Below are positions 1 through 16,280 of a stretch of 64,000 nt of DNA, piece after piece. Both the position numbers and the translations under genes were made by a program. Below the pieces are notes generated by a model that was given only the letters and a program-made list of their open reading frames with translations, ran no database searches and was not told the origin of the DNA. Within the stretch, counting starts at the first letter, position 1. The number at the start of each line of letters is the position of its first letter. Origin of the DNA: Macrostomum hystrix (lineage: Eukaryota > Animalia > Platyhelminthes); assembly GCA_950097015.1 (NCBI GenBank), contig CATNEN010000014.1, positions 558,001-622,000 on the forward strand, given 5' to 3'.

Positions 1-1840
1 AGTGTCGGGCAAAGGTAGCTGAAGTCGCCCAGCGCTTCGGCCCACTTCTTCAGCAGCAGCTGCTTGTTCTCAGCATCGTTCCATTCCGTGTGCGACAGCT
101 GGAGAAACTTCATACCCGTGTCGTCTACCCGCGTCGGGAAGCGAGGATGGAATGGGAACTGCAGACGCAGGATCTGGATTAGAAAGTGGGTTTGCAGAAT
201 GAGATTCGCTATAAATATGAAAGTTTGAATGTACGAGCTAGTATTTAAAAAGTTTAAATGGAAGTTAATATTGTAGAAGTTTTGCAAAAACAGCTTGAGA
301 GAATTCAAAGCCTCTATACGAGTGTTTTGTGCATTCGCTAATTAATGAGGGAAATTTAAGAAAACTTGTTCAAATTACTATTTTTTTACTTTTTCCTCAC
401 CGATTTTCATTAAAAGTTTCTTAATTACTTAAAAAACTTGTCTGATAAGAACTCGGATCGAATGCTCCAAGCGTATAAAAGGTTCAGTAACTGGTCTTAC
501 TAATGATAATTATCTTATATACTGCAAAAAAACGCAGTAAAATGGTGCAATTGAACGCGCAAGATAAACGCTATAGTTTCCACATGTTCTTACATTCAGG
601 TTAAGTTTTTTGCCTACAACCAAAGAATATTACGAGCTTAAAACCTTCAACTAGGACCGAAACCTTAGTTCTGTTTGACATTTCTTCAATGCCAAAAGTA
701 TAGCAGCTTTATTTACGAAGCGCCACTCACTTCGTAGTACACGGTGCGGTTCATGATATCGATGGTCAGGTTCCTCGAGTTGAGCGAGTTCAGAGCAAAC
801 TCGATGCCCGAATCGGCCGTGACACCCATCAGGATGGTGACGTTCTTGCGACGCTCGCCCCAGCTGATGAGAGGGTCCAGATAGTTGAAGAACTCTCGGT
901 CCAGCACCGGCATAAACTCAAGGGTGGTGTAAAGCTTTTCATAGTTCTTCTGCTCCTCGATGAGCTTCTCAATCGAAACATCTTTCCTGACGCAGTCGAT
1001 CACCTCGGCCAGCTTACCGTCGCCTTTTGCACAGTCGAGCTGGATGTTCACAAACCGCTCGCTGATTTCTCTCACTGCGTTGATGTCGTTGGACCAGGCC
1101 AGGGGCATGAAGTGCGAGCCGCCCATCATCACTGCACGGGTCAGGGGAATGGAGCCAGCAGCAATGTGGAACCCGACGGACGCTGAGCCTGTGCCGTGAC
1201 CAGCCAGAGTGATTTTGTCCCGGTCTCCACCGAATGATCCAATCAGCTCTGTAATAGTCCTTAACGCCAGGCGTTGGTCCAGCAGACCGAAGTTTCCAGG
1301 CATCTCATTCGGGTCGAGATAAAGGAATCCAGTGACTCCGAGTCGGTAGTTGATGGTCACGAACACAATGTCCTGGTTTCGCAGTAGCGTCTCGCCCTGG
1401 TTCTCGGGCTCAGCAATGCCGCCAGTCTCAAAGCGGCCGCCATGTATGTAGACGAGAACAGGATACTTTGCACCGCCTGTGGTGTTAGGGGACCAGATGT
1501 TCATGTACAAGCAGTCTTCGCTGTAGGGTAGGCTCTTCGTGGAGTTGTCCTGGGGACACAGCGGTGGCTGATGCGTGGCGTCAATTGTGACGTCCTCAGC
1601 ATAACTCAGCGGGCTGGGCCTAGCGAAACGGCGATCGCCAGTTGGTGGCTGAGCGTAAGGGACTTTGAGAAATCTGTTGATCTCTTTCCACTCGGTTTGG
1701 GAAGTGACATTCACACGATGGCCATTGAACTTGTAGCCATCATGGGTCACCTGAACAGGTCCGATGACTGAGTCGGCATTGAAGCCGGCAGTCAGAGCCA
1801 GTAGCAGGACTGCTACTAGCGTGATTTTTAGCGGCCTCAT
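1..1840 (-). CDS. Cholinesterase-like (type-B carboxylesterase fold) non-catalytic protein, neuroligin-like. Exons 1840-731 and 173-<1; continues off the left edge.
   Basis: ATG at 1840 starts a signal peptide (MRPLKITLVAVLLLALTAG). Family motifs: PPTGDRRF, SEDCLYMNIW, YIHGG, INYRLG, GNFGLLDQ, FGGD. The nucleophile elbow reads GHGTG instead of GESAG. A phase-0 intron at 174-730 (GTGAGT...CAG) joins YYE to ILRLQF...ALGDFSYLCP, which carries the GDxxFxCP motif. Confidence 0.88.
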
Positions 1841-3603
1841 TTTCCCAACGGGTTCGAGGTCGCTCAGAAGATCAGATTTCGAGTGTGAGCTTGCGTCTGG
1901 GGCAACATTTATCAATTCCAGTTTTTACTTCAGTAGCGTTATCGATCTACCATGGCAACGGAACAACAAACAACCCATACAGAGATCTGGCAATCTCGCC
2001 GCTGCATGCCGTGAACCTCCCCAAGCCACGCGCAAAAAGTTAGTGAGAATCGCAGCACAGATAGCTAGTGCTACTGCTTCTTTTTGAGGGCTGATACAGC
2101 CCAGTTGCGACAATCAGCTCTGCCATTGCTGAATAATTTTATGCTGATAACGTCTGTAGCTTGAGGTCACTTGAGAGCCCTGATTATCAGCATTTTTAAG
2201 ATTGTCAGTTTTTATTTGAAAAGAAAGCCACTAGGTCTATAATCTTGGCCTGGGTTAACTTCAAGCTGTTGAAATAGTTTTATTGGCAATCGCTTCGCCG
2301 TTTGAAGCCAGTGAGCATAGGCGTTGGATTTCGTAAAAAACGGTTCGTGAATCACACTGCGAATTCAGTCCTTGCAACTCCACTTGAAAATAGTGGAGCC
2401 CATTTGCAGCTGGTATGCGTGGCTGGCAGCTGCGATCAGCTTAGCTTAGCACTGAATTTGCATTGCTCTAGACAGTCATAAACTTTCATACCTGCCTGCG
2501 TATTGTCTGGAGATTACATTAGACATTCTGTGACCTTTCAAATAATTAGCTTAATCATTCAGCTCAATATAGATCTTTAGAATCAAAGCATAGTCAAAGC
2601 ATCACTGATAAAAATGCTTAGCTGTACATGTGACGTGCACGTCTGTGATATTCAGGAATAGCATACGCTGCGCTCTTAACGCAAGCTTTACATTATATAA
2701 CTAAACTTTGCACTGATATATTTTTTATATAAAAAGGCGTACAACTATTTAGCATCTTTTACTAAATTTTAGCATGATTCGAATGTCTTTGCATACAAAC
2801 CCGCTTGTTGCCTAGGCGTTGCCTAGGTTTTAACTGACTGACGCTCTGTGACTGAAGACAGCTTGATTGGTACAATTTATTTAACAATTTTAGTTGAAAT
2901 CTTAGTTGAAATCTGCAGCAGAAAAACCACTCGAAAGTGAATTTTTCAGCAGCAGTTGATTCGGCATGGTAACTATAAGCTTATCAGCAGAATGATTAGC
3001 TTCACTGTAATTCTCACACAAGGTAGCTCTCGAATCTCATCTAAAGAGAGTGAGTGCCTTAGAAACTGATAATTTTTAAGTTTTCGAGCTTACTTACGCT
3101 CGACATTTGATTCGGAGCAACCCGTGCAGACACAACATATGACGTATTTGCTGCGTATAGCATAGATATGGGCGAACACAAGACCACTTTTTTATTATGC
3201 TCCTCTGAAACTGGCCGAACCAATAATTGGAAGGTACCAAAGCATTTACTACGATCCGCTAGCCCACACAAAATCTAAAAAAACGTTTAGAATACGACGA
3301 GATCTTTGAGTCAACTTGGAGCAGAATAATCAATCACGAGAATCAATCAAGGTCAAGCGAAAATCAACAACAGCGCAAGTAAGGGCTTTCCACAAGCGTA
3401 AAAATATCAGTTCACGCATCGTCAGATAGCTCTCCTGCTCGTTTCAAACATTTTTCGAAAAGACAATCTCCACAAATTGATAGAGGGCACCATTCACTGC
3501 AAACAAATGGATCGTCTTTGTGGGTCTTACTATATTGGATATTAGTGTCAGTAACTTATTGTGTTTTTATTGGCGGCCCCTCATAGGGAGTTGACCGCCA
3601 CAA

Positions 3604-3865
3604 TACATGTTAATGGGGTGGTGCCACCACATGCTTGGGGTGGCGCCAACACGTTTGGGTGGCGCCAACATGTTTGGGGTGGCGCCAACATGTTTGGGGT
3701 GGCGCCAACATGTTTGGGTGGCGCCAACATGTTTGGGGTGGCGCCAACATGTTTGGGTGGCGCCAACATGTTTGGGGTGGCGCCAACATGTTTTGGGTGG
3801 CGCCAACATGTTTGGGTGGCGCTAACAAGTTTGGGGCGGCCCCAACATGTTTGGGGTAGCGCCAA
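3604..3865. repeat. 19/20-bp minisatellite (TTTGG(G)GTGGCGCCAACATG), ~12 copies.
   Basis: Direct reading. Each unit holds palindromes TGGCGCCA and AACATGTT. Confidence 0.95.
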
Positions 3866-4847
3866 ATGGAATTTCTGCCAGTTTGCGGTGCGAATTTCGC
3901 TTTTTGTCAGTTTTCACCCGTGATTCCCGTGTCCTCGGCTCGCCTATCCCAATGATTATTCAAGTTCACTTGCTCCTTTCGGCTCGATAAACTTCGTCCT
4001 TTCAGTTGCCATAGTTTAATTTTTGTGTCAGCCACAACTGGCGCAATTATAATCTATAAGTAGCTGAGCTACTCATGCGAGCTGGGCATGGCAAATTGAG
4101 TCACTGTTTATTAAAGATTCGATAAAAGAGAGGCTTGGAGTTTAATCGCTTCTCACTTTAAACTGAAAACCTGTAAAAGAATTGCGAATCCTTACTCCTG
4201 TGGAATACGTGCTATTAATGCCGCAAATGAATTATTGAACGGTATGTATAATTCATTAAAAAGCTGCAGTCTCGGACCCAACGCCCAAGACTCTCAATCG
4301 GGTACTCTTGGTTAAGGATTGGGTCTATTTTACAATTGCATTATCCGAAACTATTTAGGTTTGGTAGCATTCTTATTTAGCTTCAGTTGTCCTTACAAGA
4401 CCGCTAGATACTTACAGGTTTGCAATGTAAAAATGTACAGCTGCCCGCAACTGCATGTACATTCACGCACATATTTCGTCTACATTTACTACAATTATTA
4501 TCTTGCGCCCAGTAGAACGCAGTAGTGACTTTGACATTTTGAAGCTAAGCAAAATTATTACGAACTTGTAAATCAAAACTCCGATGTATTGCGTGTATAA
4601 CAAACTGAGAATTATGCTTAGGAACTGCAATATAGAAAGCACTTACGTATATTTTCCTTTTTGAATACTAATATTTTCTTGATGTCTTTAATATGATAAG
4701 AATGCTTTTCATACCGCCCAAAATTGAGTCACTACTCTTTTTTAATAAAAACGGATGATACTGATACCTCGTACTGTTAACTGAAACGAATGAAAACTTT
4801 TTAAGGATATATTTGCTTTGGCACCATCTTTTAAAAACATTTTCAAA

Positions 4848-8112
<3,265 letters not shown>

Positions 8113-9074
8113 CAGCTGTCATAGCGCTGAGATGGTTATTTGTATCAGTTAAGCACAGGAATTTCTAGCCCTTTGTTTTCTTACTTTTCAGCTTTAACAT
8201 AGAATTGCTGCAAGTTTTTGCTGTCTCTGTCGGTAATCTCTTCATTTTACTTTTGAAATATTTTGCTCAACTATTTTTAAAGTGGATTCGAATCTCTGAA
8301 TAATTATTTCTATTGCTAAAGCTGAAATTCGGCTCGATTGAGCAGCAGCTGCATTTTGTTTTGTGGCAAAAATTGCGTTCAGAGAGTGCTATAATTGGTC
8401 TCTTTCTTGGGCTTGTTGCGATTTTCACTGTGATCACTATTTTGTTAGCATTAGTAATATTTTACTTGTTCCATGAATTCATTTTCGAATAAATGCAACC
8501 CGAAACGCACATTTTATGAGCAACGCATACACAATCTCTACAATACGTGCCCTGCTCTAGAGTGTCTTGTTTTGGCACAGCCAAGAAAAATCCGGAGAAA
8601 GCTAAGCTAAAACTCGGCCAGGGCTGCCCTGTGAGCAAGAGAGCACTGACAAATGTGCACACTTCGGCGCTAAATTGCCCTCGTGGCAGAGAGCCATCGC
8701 GGTCTGCCCAGCGGGGTCGAGCTGTAGTGTTCTCTGCCCTCTGGCCTTTAGCCAAATGCTGCCCAGGCTGGAACGAGCCGCAGCTTTCTATTCTTAGCAT
8801 GAAAGCAATATGCAAACTTGGGGCAGATGAGTCATAAAAATTCATGCGACCAGTTTCAGCCCGACCAGTACAGGTCGAATGGGAGCCGAGGCAGCCAGAG
8901 TTTGCTGCTCGAAACCTTTTCAAACAATTGTCTTTTGTTCTCCAGCAACTTTGCGTGTGGCATCAACTGGTTGGAAATCGGGAGCTTTCAGCTGTGAGGA
9001 CTGGGTCATACGCTCATAGGGTATGAGCTGTGCTGGAGCTACAACTGATGACGCTTGTGAGAACTGGGTCATAA

Positions 9075-9310
9075 TATTTATTGCAGGAGGGCTGCAGGCA
9101 ATGGCCCATCATTTGGTGGCACTAGACCTGCAGCCATGCAGCGAGGAGGCAATTCTGCCCATCTCGTTGACTCCTGAGCACACACGCATACAGATACCGT
9201 ACGCAGGCACTCGCTCACACAGGTGGGTACATTGCCCTGAATTTCTCATCGTCAGGCAGTGTACACTTCACTGTGCCTTGGAGGTTGGCCCTCAAGGGCG
9301 CAAATTGTAT
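9075..9310 (-). mobile_element. 5'-truncated copy of the same SINE-like family.
   Basis: The reverse complement aligns by eye over ~220 bp with 27858-28075. Confidence 0.75.
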
Positions 9311-9510
9311 GAGCTATGCTGGAACTTCAACTGATGGCGGCTGTGAGGATTGTCCATGCGGTATGAGCTATGCTGGAACTTCAACTGATGATGGCTGTGA
9401 GGATTGTCCATGCGGTATGAGCTATGCTGGAACTTCAACTGATGGCTGCTGTGAGGATTGTCCATGCGGTATGAGTTATGCTGGAACTTCAACTGATGGC
9501 GGCTGTGAGG
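9306..9510. repeat. 54-bp tandem repeat, ~4 copies.
   Basis: TATGAG recurs at 9308, 9362, 9416 and 9470. Confidence 0.95.
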
Positions 9511-9811
9511 AAAGGTTCAGTTATAGCAGGCAATTTGAGAACTGGTTTCAATGAATTTTTAGAGCAAAGCGTGTCTCAAATTAGAGTTCTCACGCGTATT
9601 GCACCACAGGTACTACTGACCACCAAGGCAGTAGCATAATTTGAGTCCTGAAATGTTCAAGCGACGTGAGCTGCAGTAAAAAAAGATGCAAACTCTTGTT
9701 TTCATATTGATGCTTTCTTATTTATGGCTGATGAAAATTCCTAACTGTGATTAGGCGTTTACTAATGCGTGCCTGAAAGCTATTCCTGCTTAGTTTAGTA
9801 GTTCAGAACCT

Positions 9812-10455
9812 GCAGAGTCAGGGGACAGCCTTGACTGCTGCTGCAATCACAGCAGGGAGAGTGGCGGCTGTGAGAGCTGCAGAGTCAGAGGACAGCCTTG
9901 ACTGCTGCTGCCATCACAGCAGGGAGAGGGGCGGCTGTGAGAGCTGCAGAGTCAGAGGACAGCCCGGACTGCTGCTGCCATCACAGCAGGGAGAGGGGCG
10001 GCTGTGAGAGCTGCAGAGTCAGAGGACAGCCTTGACTGCTGCTGCAATCACAGCAGGGAGAGTGGCGGCTGTGAGAGCTGCAGAGCCAGAGGACAGCCCG
10101 GACTGCTGCTGCCATCACAGCAGGGAGAGTGGCGGCTGTGAGAGCTGCAGAGTCAGAGGACAGCCTTGACTGCTGCTGCAATCACAGCAGGGAGAGTGGC
10201 GGCTGTGAGAGCTGCAGAGTCAGAGGACAGCCCGGACTGCTGCTGCCATCACAGCAGGGAGAGTGGCGGCTGTGAGAGCTGCAGAGTCAGAGGACAGCCC
10301 GGACTGCTGCTGCCATCACAGCAGGGAGAGGGGCGGCTGTGAGAGCTGCAGAGTAAGAGGACAGCCCGGACTGCTGCTGCCATCACAGCAGGGAGAGGGG
10401 CGGCTGTGAGAGCTGCAGAGTCAGAGGACAGCCCGGACTGCTGCTGCCATCACAG
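9812..10455. repeat. 67-bp tandem repeat, ~9.5 copies.
   Basis: TGAGAGCTGCAGAG recurs at 9871, 9938, 10005 and onward. Confidence 0.95.
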
Positions 10456-11266
10456 TTTTGTGCAGCCAGTCTTTACGCCCGCACTGAACTGTCAGGCCAT
10501 TCTCAATCGAGCTGCTTGGCACTGAGCGGAGGAGTACAGAATTGCAGGCGGTGTACAGGCTGCTGCTACTCACCCCCGGAGTTTCCTGCAGGACCAGCTA
10601 ACCGTCTTGCCATTTCCTAACAGCTTCTCTGTGGCAACAGGAGGCAGGGAAGCAGGGCGGAGGAGGAGCGGGGAACGGGGCAAGGGAAGGAGCGGAAAAC
10701 AATGCGAGCTGCCGCCTGGGGGAAAGGCGGGAAGGAACCTGAATTGTTTGCCTGCAAGACAGGTGAGCCAGTGTTAAATTTGTCCATAGAAACGGAGTGC
10801 GGCCCAGGTGGAGGGCGGGGAGCAGTTTGAACCGATTCAGCGGGGAGTGCAAAATTCCGCCAGTTTTGCGAGAAAAAATTTGCCCTGCCACTCAGCGGAG
10901 GCGGCCTGAAAGGGCAGGCGGTGTTTGGTCTCATTCAAGAGCCCCAATGCGAAAATGCGTTGAGCTTGGACACACATTGAGAGCAACCGAAACCCGGCAG
11001 CTCCAAGGCTGGCTGCACTTTGAATAACAATGACCTGCTGTCCAAAAGGTGGTTGAAGGATTCAGTAACAGCTCTTTCTGCCTAGTTAAACGCAACATAT
11101 TTAGCCGACTGTATTTTTGCAAGGTTTTTATACAACAGAAGAACAAAAATATTTTGCTTGCCCTGCGCGAGCGAACTGTGACGGAATGAACGTCAGACCG
11201 TAAACTGGGTGAACGTCACCTGGGTGGGGACCCACGAGGGGTGTTCTTGGCAGTGTCCCATAGACT

Positions 11267-11432
11267 CCGCTGGGTGATGGCCTTATCTCACAGACCCTGC
11301 TGGGTGATGGCCTTATCTCACAGACCCCGCTGGGTGATGGCCTTATCTCACAGACCCTGCTGGGTGATGGCCTTATCTCACAGACCCCGCTGGGTGATGG
11401 CCTTATCTCACAGACCCTGCTGGGTGATGGCT
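11267..11432. repeat. 30-bp tandem repeat, ~5.5 copies.
   Basis: TGGGTGATGG recurs every 30 bp from 11271. Confidence 0.95.
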
Positions 11433-11802
11433 GTGTCCCATACACGCTCGCTACGGTTACTGAGCGCAGAAGACTCAGGCCCAATAAAAGGTTAAAAAAA
11501 TAAGCAATCTGAAAAGCAGCAGACAAAATATATCAGCAGGAAAATATAACTCAGCACAATTACAGAGCACGGGGCGCTTTCAGTTCGCAGGTTGACGTAA
11601 GGCACTCTGGGGGCGCCCGTTTTGCAGGCTGCCGACCGACCAGAAGCCTTCAACGGACATTTCTCCAAGCCACACTATCAACTGCTTTGCAAACGGAATC
11701 AGAGTTAATTAGCAATAGAAGAGGGCTGCTGTTGGACTACTAAATAAGAAATCGACTGATCAACTGATCAACTGACTGTACCGATTAGAGCTGGTAGGCA
11801 GC

Positions 11803-12558
11803 TCACTGCTGTCTGTCGCTAGGCTTTACTTGGTACCAGCTGTGCATGATGACGAACGCGACGAGGCTTGCCGGGCAAGCCACGAGGCCAACGGCGGTGA
11901 CACCAATCATGGCTGTGCCTAGGCAGTTCGCGATGTCTAGCTGCGGAAACGTCAGGCACACCCAGCAAGCGTCCATCGTCAGGCAGCCGATCCAGACGCA
12001 GGAGACGCACACGATTGCGCGTCGACCAAAAACGCGTACGAAGGCTAGTAGCCCAGTTGCTATGGCAACAGCTAGGGAGGCGGCAAACACAGCGAACGAG
12101 CCGCCGAGCATGGGCGAGCAGCGCTTGCGCATCATCAGCACATCCAGCACCATGAGGGCCACGCTGTGCAGCAGGATCAGCACACCACACAGCAGCAGCT
12201 TGATGCGGTCCTGAAGCAACTCGCCGACCTCCGGAAGCGCGGCGTGGCTGCAGTCCGTCAGCGTTGCTTGACTCTTCATTCCCGTTGATGCGGCGAGGTC
12301 AGCGCCATCCGTGGCATCGCCGGCTAAGTCGGCAGCGGATGATATCACGCCGCCGTAGCCAGGAAAGTCATCGTACTCGAATTCATCGTCTTCAAAGTTG
12401 ACACTTGCGGCTGTTTGCGCCGGCGGTTGCACCGGAGTCGTCGCTGTTTCGGTCACCGCTGGTGACCCCTGATCAGCATGCAGGGCGAACATCGCTGCTC
12501 GGTCAGTCGTTGGTCTGTTATCGATCGCGATCGTCAGTGCCCGCCACTCCCATCGGGT
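11803..12558 (-). CDS. Hypothetical membrane protein with an acidic N-region and about 4 hydrophobic helices; terminal exon or single-exon gene.
   Basis: 229-aa ORF from ATG 12492 with GC3-rich codons, an acidic stretch (FEDDEFEYDDF) and four ~20-aa hydrophobic segments. The frame stays open upstream to a candidate acceptor (CCAG) near 12559. Family not recognised. Confidence 0.6.
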   Translation of the reverse strand, partial: TRWEWRALTIAIDNRPTTDRAAMFALHADQGSPAVTETATTPVQPPAQTAASVNFEDDEFEYDDFPGYGGVISSAADLAGDATDGADLAASTGMKSQATLTDCSHAALPEVGELLQDRIKLLLCGVLILLHSVALMVLDVLMMRKRCSPMLGGSFAVFAASLAVAIATGLLAFVRVFGRRAIVCVSCVWIGCLTMDACWVCLTFPQLDIANCLGTAMIGVTAVGLVACPASLVAFVIMHSWYQVKPSDRQQ

Positions 12559-12907
12559 CTGGCAGGCAGCAGCTCGGGCGGACGTTCAGCGGGGGAAGGG
12601 GGCCTCTCTGAGTTTCCTCGGGTGAGAAAAGGCCATCGAATGAGGGCCGCGCGTTCCTTATTTCTAGCTTTGCAGCCCCACCCTCCACCCTCTGTGCACC
12701 TAGGCAGTGGCTGTCTTGGCACTGGTTGGCTGCCTCAGTCAGAGACATGGCAGTCTAGCAGACCAGTTGTAGCCGTTTAAGGCTTTAGAGAATATGAAGG
12801 CAGCAGACTTCTATGAGGGCTGACGAACGGCTGGTTAAAGTTAAAATGAAGCTCCCCATCTACGCATTCTATCTACTAGCTCATCGTCATTTAATTTATC
12901 TCCTCCT

Positions 12908-15350
12908 TCGATGCTGTCTCTACCAGCTGTTCCCCAGCCTACTCGATGCTGTCTCTACCTGCTGTTCCCCAGCCTACTCGATGCTGTCTCTACCTGCTGT
13001 TCCTCAGCCTCCCTACTCGATGCTGTCTCTACCAGCTGTTCCCCAGCCTACTCGATGCTGTCTCTACCTGCTGTTCCCCAGCCTACTCGATGCTGTCTCT
13101 ACCTGCTGTTCCTCAGCCTCCCTACTCGATGCTGTCTCTACCTGCTGTTCCCCAGCCTCCCTACTCGATGCTGTCTCTACCAGCTGTTCCTCAGCCTTCC
13201 TACTCGATGCTGTCTCTACCAGCTGTTCCTCAGCCTCCCTACTCGATGCTGTCTCTACCTGCTGTTCCCCAGCCTCCCTACTCGATGCTGTCTCTACCAG
13301 CTGTTCCTCAGCCTCCCTACTCGATGCTGTCTCTACCAGCTGTTCCTCAGCCTCCCTACTCGATGCTGTCTCTACCTGCTGTTCCCCAGCCTCCCTACTC
13401 GATGCTGTCTCTACCAGCTGTTCCCCAGCCTACTCGATGCTGTCTCTACCTGCTGTTCCCCAGCCTACTCGATGCTGTCTCTACCTGCTGTTCCTCAGCC
13501 TCCCTACTCGATGCTGTCTCTACCTGCTGTTCCCCAGCCTCCCTACTCGATGCTGTCTCTACCAGCTGTTCCTCAGCCTTCCTACTCGATGCTGTCTCTA
13601 CCAGCTGTTCCTCAGCCTCCCTACTCGATGCTGTCTCTACCTGCTGTTCCCCAGCCTCCCTACTCGATGCTGTCTCTACCAGCTGTTCCTCAGCCTCCCT
13701 ACTCGATGCTGTCTCTACCAGCTGTTCCTCAGCCTCCCTACTCGATGCTGTCTCTACCTGCTGTTCCCCAGCCTCCCTACTCGATGCTGTCTCTACCAGC
13801 TGTTCCCCAGCCTACTCGATGCTGTCTCTACCTGCTGTTCCCCAGCCTACTCGATGCTGTCTCTACCAGCTGTTCCCCAGCCTACTCGATGCTGTCTCTA
13901 CCTGCTGTTCCTCAGCCTCCCTACTCGATGCTGTCTCTGCCTGCTGTTCCCCAGCCTACTCGATGCTGTCTCTACCTGCTGTTCCCCAGCCTCCCTACAC
14001 GATGCTGTCTCTACCAGTTGTTCCCCAGCCTCCCTACTCGATGCTGTCTCTACCAGCTGTTCCTCAGCCTTCCTACTCGATGCTGTCTCTACCAGCTGTT
14101 CCTCAGCCTCCCTACTCGATGCTGTCTCTACCTGCTGTTCCCCAGCCTCCCTACTCGATGCTGTCTCTACCTGCTGTTCCCCAGCCTCCCTACTCGATGC
14201 TGTCTCTACCTGCTGTTCCCCAGCCTCCCTACTCGATGCTGTCTCTACCTGCTGTTCCCCAGCCTCCCTACTCGATGCTGTCTCTACCAGCTGTTCCTCA
14301 GCCTCCCTACTCGATGCTGTCTCTACCAGCTGTTCCTCAGCCTCCCTACTCGATGCTGTCTCTACCTGCTGTTCCCCAGCCTCCCTACTCGATGCTGTCT
14401 CTACCAGCTGTTCCCCAGCCTACTCGATGCTGTCTCTACCTGCTGTTCCTCAGCCTACTCGATGCTGTCTCTACCTGCTGTTCCCCAGCCTCCCTACTCG
14501 ATGCTGTCTCTACCAGCTGTTCCCCAGCCTACTCGATGCTGTCTCTACCTGCTGTTCCCCAGCCTACTCGATGCTGTCTCTACCTGCTGTTCCCCAGCCT
14601 CCCTACTCGATGCTGTCTCTACCAGCTGTTCCTCAGCCTCCCTACTCGATGCTGTCTCTACCTGCTGTTCCCCAGCCTCCCTACTCGATGCTGTCTCTAC
14701 CAGCTGTTCCTCAGCCTCCCTACTCGATGCTGTCTCTACCTGCTGTTCCCCAGCCTCCCTACTCGATGCTGTCTCTACCAGCTGTTCCCCAGCCTACTCG
14801 ATGCTGTCTCTACCTGCTGTTCCCCAGCCTACTCGATGCTGTCTCTACCAGCTGTTCCCCAGCCTACTCGATGCTGTCTCTACCTGCTGTTCCTCAGCCT
14901 CCCTACTCGATGCTGTCTCTGCCTGCTGTTCCCCAGCCTACTCGATGCTGTCTCTACCTGCTGTTCCCCAGCCTCCCTACACGATGCTGTCTCTACCAGT
15001 TGTTCCCCAGCCTCCCACTCGATGGTGTCTCTACCAGCTGTTCCTCAGCCTCCCTACTCGATGCTGTCTCTACCTGCTGTTCCCCAGCCTCCCTACTCGA
15101 TGCTGTCTCTACCTGCTGTTCCCCAGCCTCCCTACACGATGCTGTCTCTACCAGCTGTTCCTCAGCCTCCCTACTCGATGCTGTCTCTACCAGCTGTTCC
15201 TCAGCCTCCCTACTCGATGCTGTCTCTACCTGCTGTTCCCCAGCCTACTCGATGCTGTCTCTACCAGCTGTTCCCCAGCCTCCCACTCGATGCTGTCTCT
15301 ACCAGCTGTTCCTCAGCCTCCCTACTCGATGCTGTCTCTACCAACTGTTC
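12908..15350. repeat. 35/39-bp minisatellite array (~2.4 kb) with higher-order structure.
   Basis: Unit CTACTCGATGCTGTCTCTACC(T/A)GCTGTTCC(C/T)CAGC(CTCC). It explains the 813-876-aa ORFs. Confidence 0.97.
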
Positions 15351-16280
15351 CAAGTCTCCTCATTCTCAGGTTCAGAGAGATTGTTAGTGTCAATTTGCTT
15401 CTATTAATTTCCGATGCACTTTTTCAACCAATCGAAGCAGAGCAGCGAAGAGCGTGCGGGTTCGGGCGATCGGATTTCGTTGAATCGCTCCGCCCACGCG
15501 CTGAGGCACGAAGCCTGTTTCTACCTGCCGCAGCGCATTAGCAGAGATCACAGTGCCTGAGCAAGTGGCCAGCTAAAGGGCTCTTCAGCAGTTCTGTGTC
15601 TACGGCTCCTGATGGCCTAATGCAATTAGCGGTCACTTCAGGCTGCCAGCGGCTTGAAAGCTGTTCTGAATCTGGGCTGGACACTGCAGTTCTAACTATA
15701 ATTGGAAGCAAGTTTCTGGTTCAGTGTCCACCATACACGTGCAGACATAGTACTGTCTGGGACGGGAAATAGAGGAACTCATAAGTGGGAAATACAACTG
15801 GGAAGGAGAGGAAACAGGGAAATTTTAGGGTTATGAACATTGCAGTTACTCTGCCTCTTTTCCACCTCTGCCGATTATTTTCCTCAACTCCTCCAACCCC
15901 TATAATCTTTCTCCTCTCAACCCTTCTCTTCCTTGTTCACCTTTCTCCTATATTCCTTCTCCCCCGATACTCCTCCCCATATTCCCCTTCTCCCCATTTA
16001 CCCCTTCTCCCATCTACCCCTTCTCCCCATTTACCCCTTCTCCCCATCTATCCCTATCCCAATACCTATTATTCTCGCTCGCCTATTTTGCTTTAAGGTC
16101 ATTCCGACCGCCCACCTGTACAGTTTTAAACACCAACTCTGCTTTTCTAACAGTCTGTGATCCATCATAATGTACTTGCTAAGGCTTTACACAATTGAGC
16201 TCTCTCTCTTTCTATAGATTTTTATCGGCAGTTAAAACTTTATACACAACCTATCACGCTAAATAAAAGTCGTTTTTTTA

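Noticed and set aside
713-1915. ORF-track starts at TTG/GTG (1915, 5707, 59866, 43979 and others)
   Set aside because: This is a eukaryotic locus. True starts are ATG, or the segments are internal exons after AG acceptors.
12813-15541. Three ORFs of 813-876 aa
   Set aside because: They are translations of the 35/39-bp minisatellite in all three frames, with no codon bias or domain.
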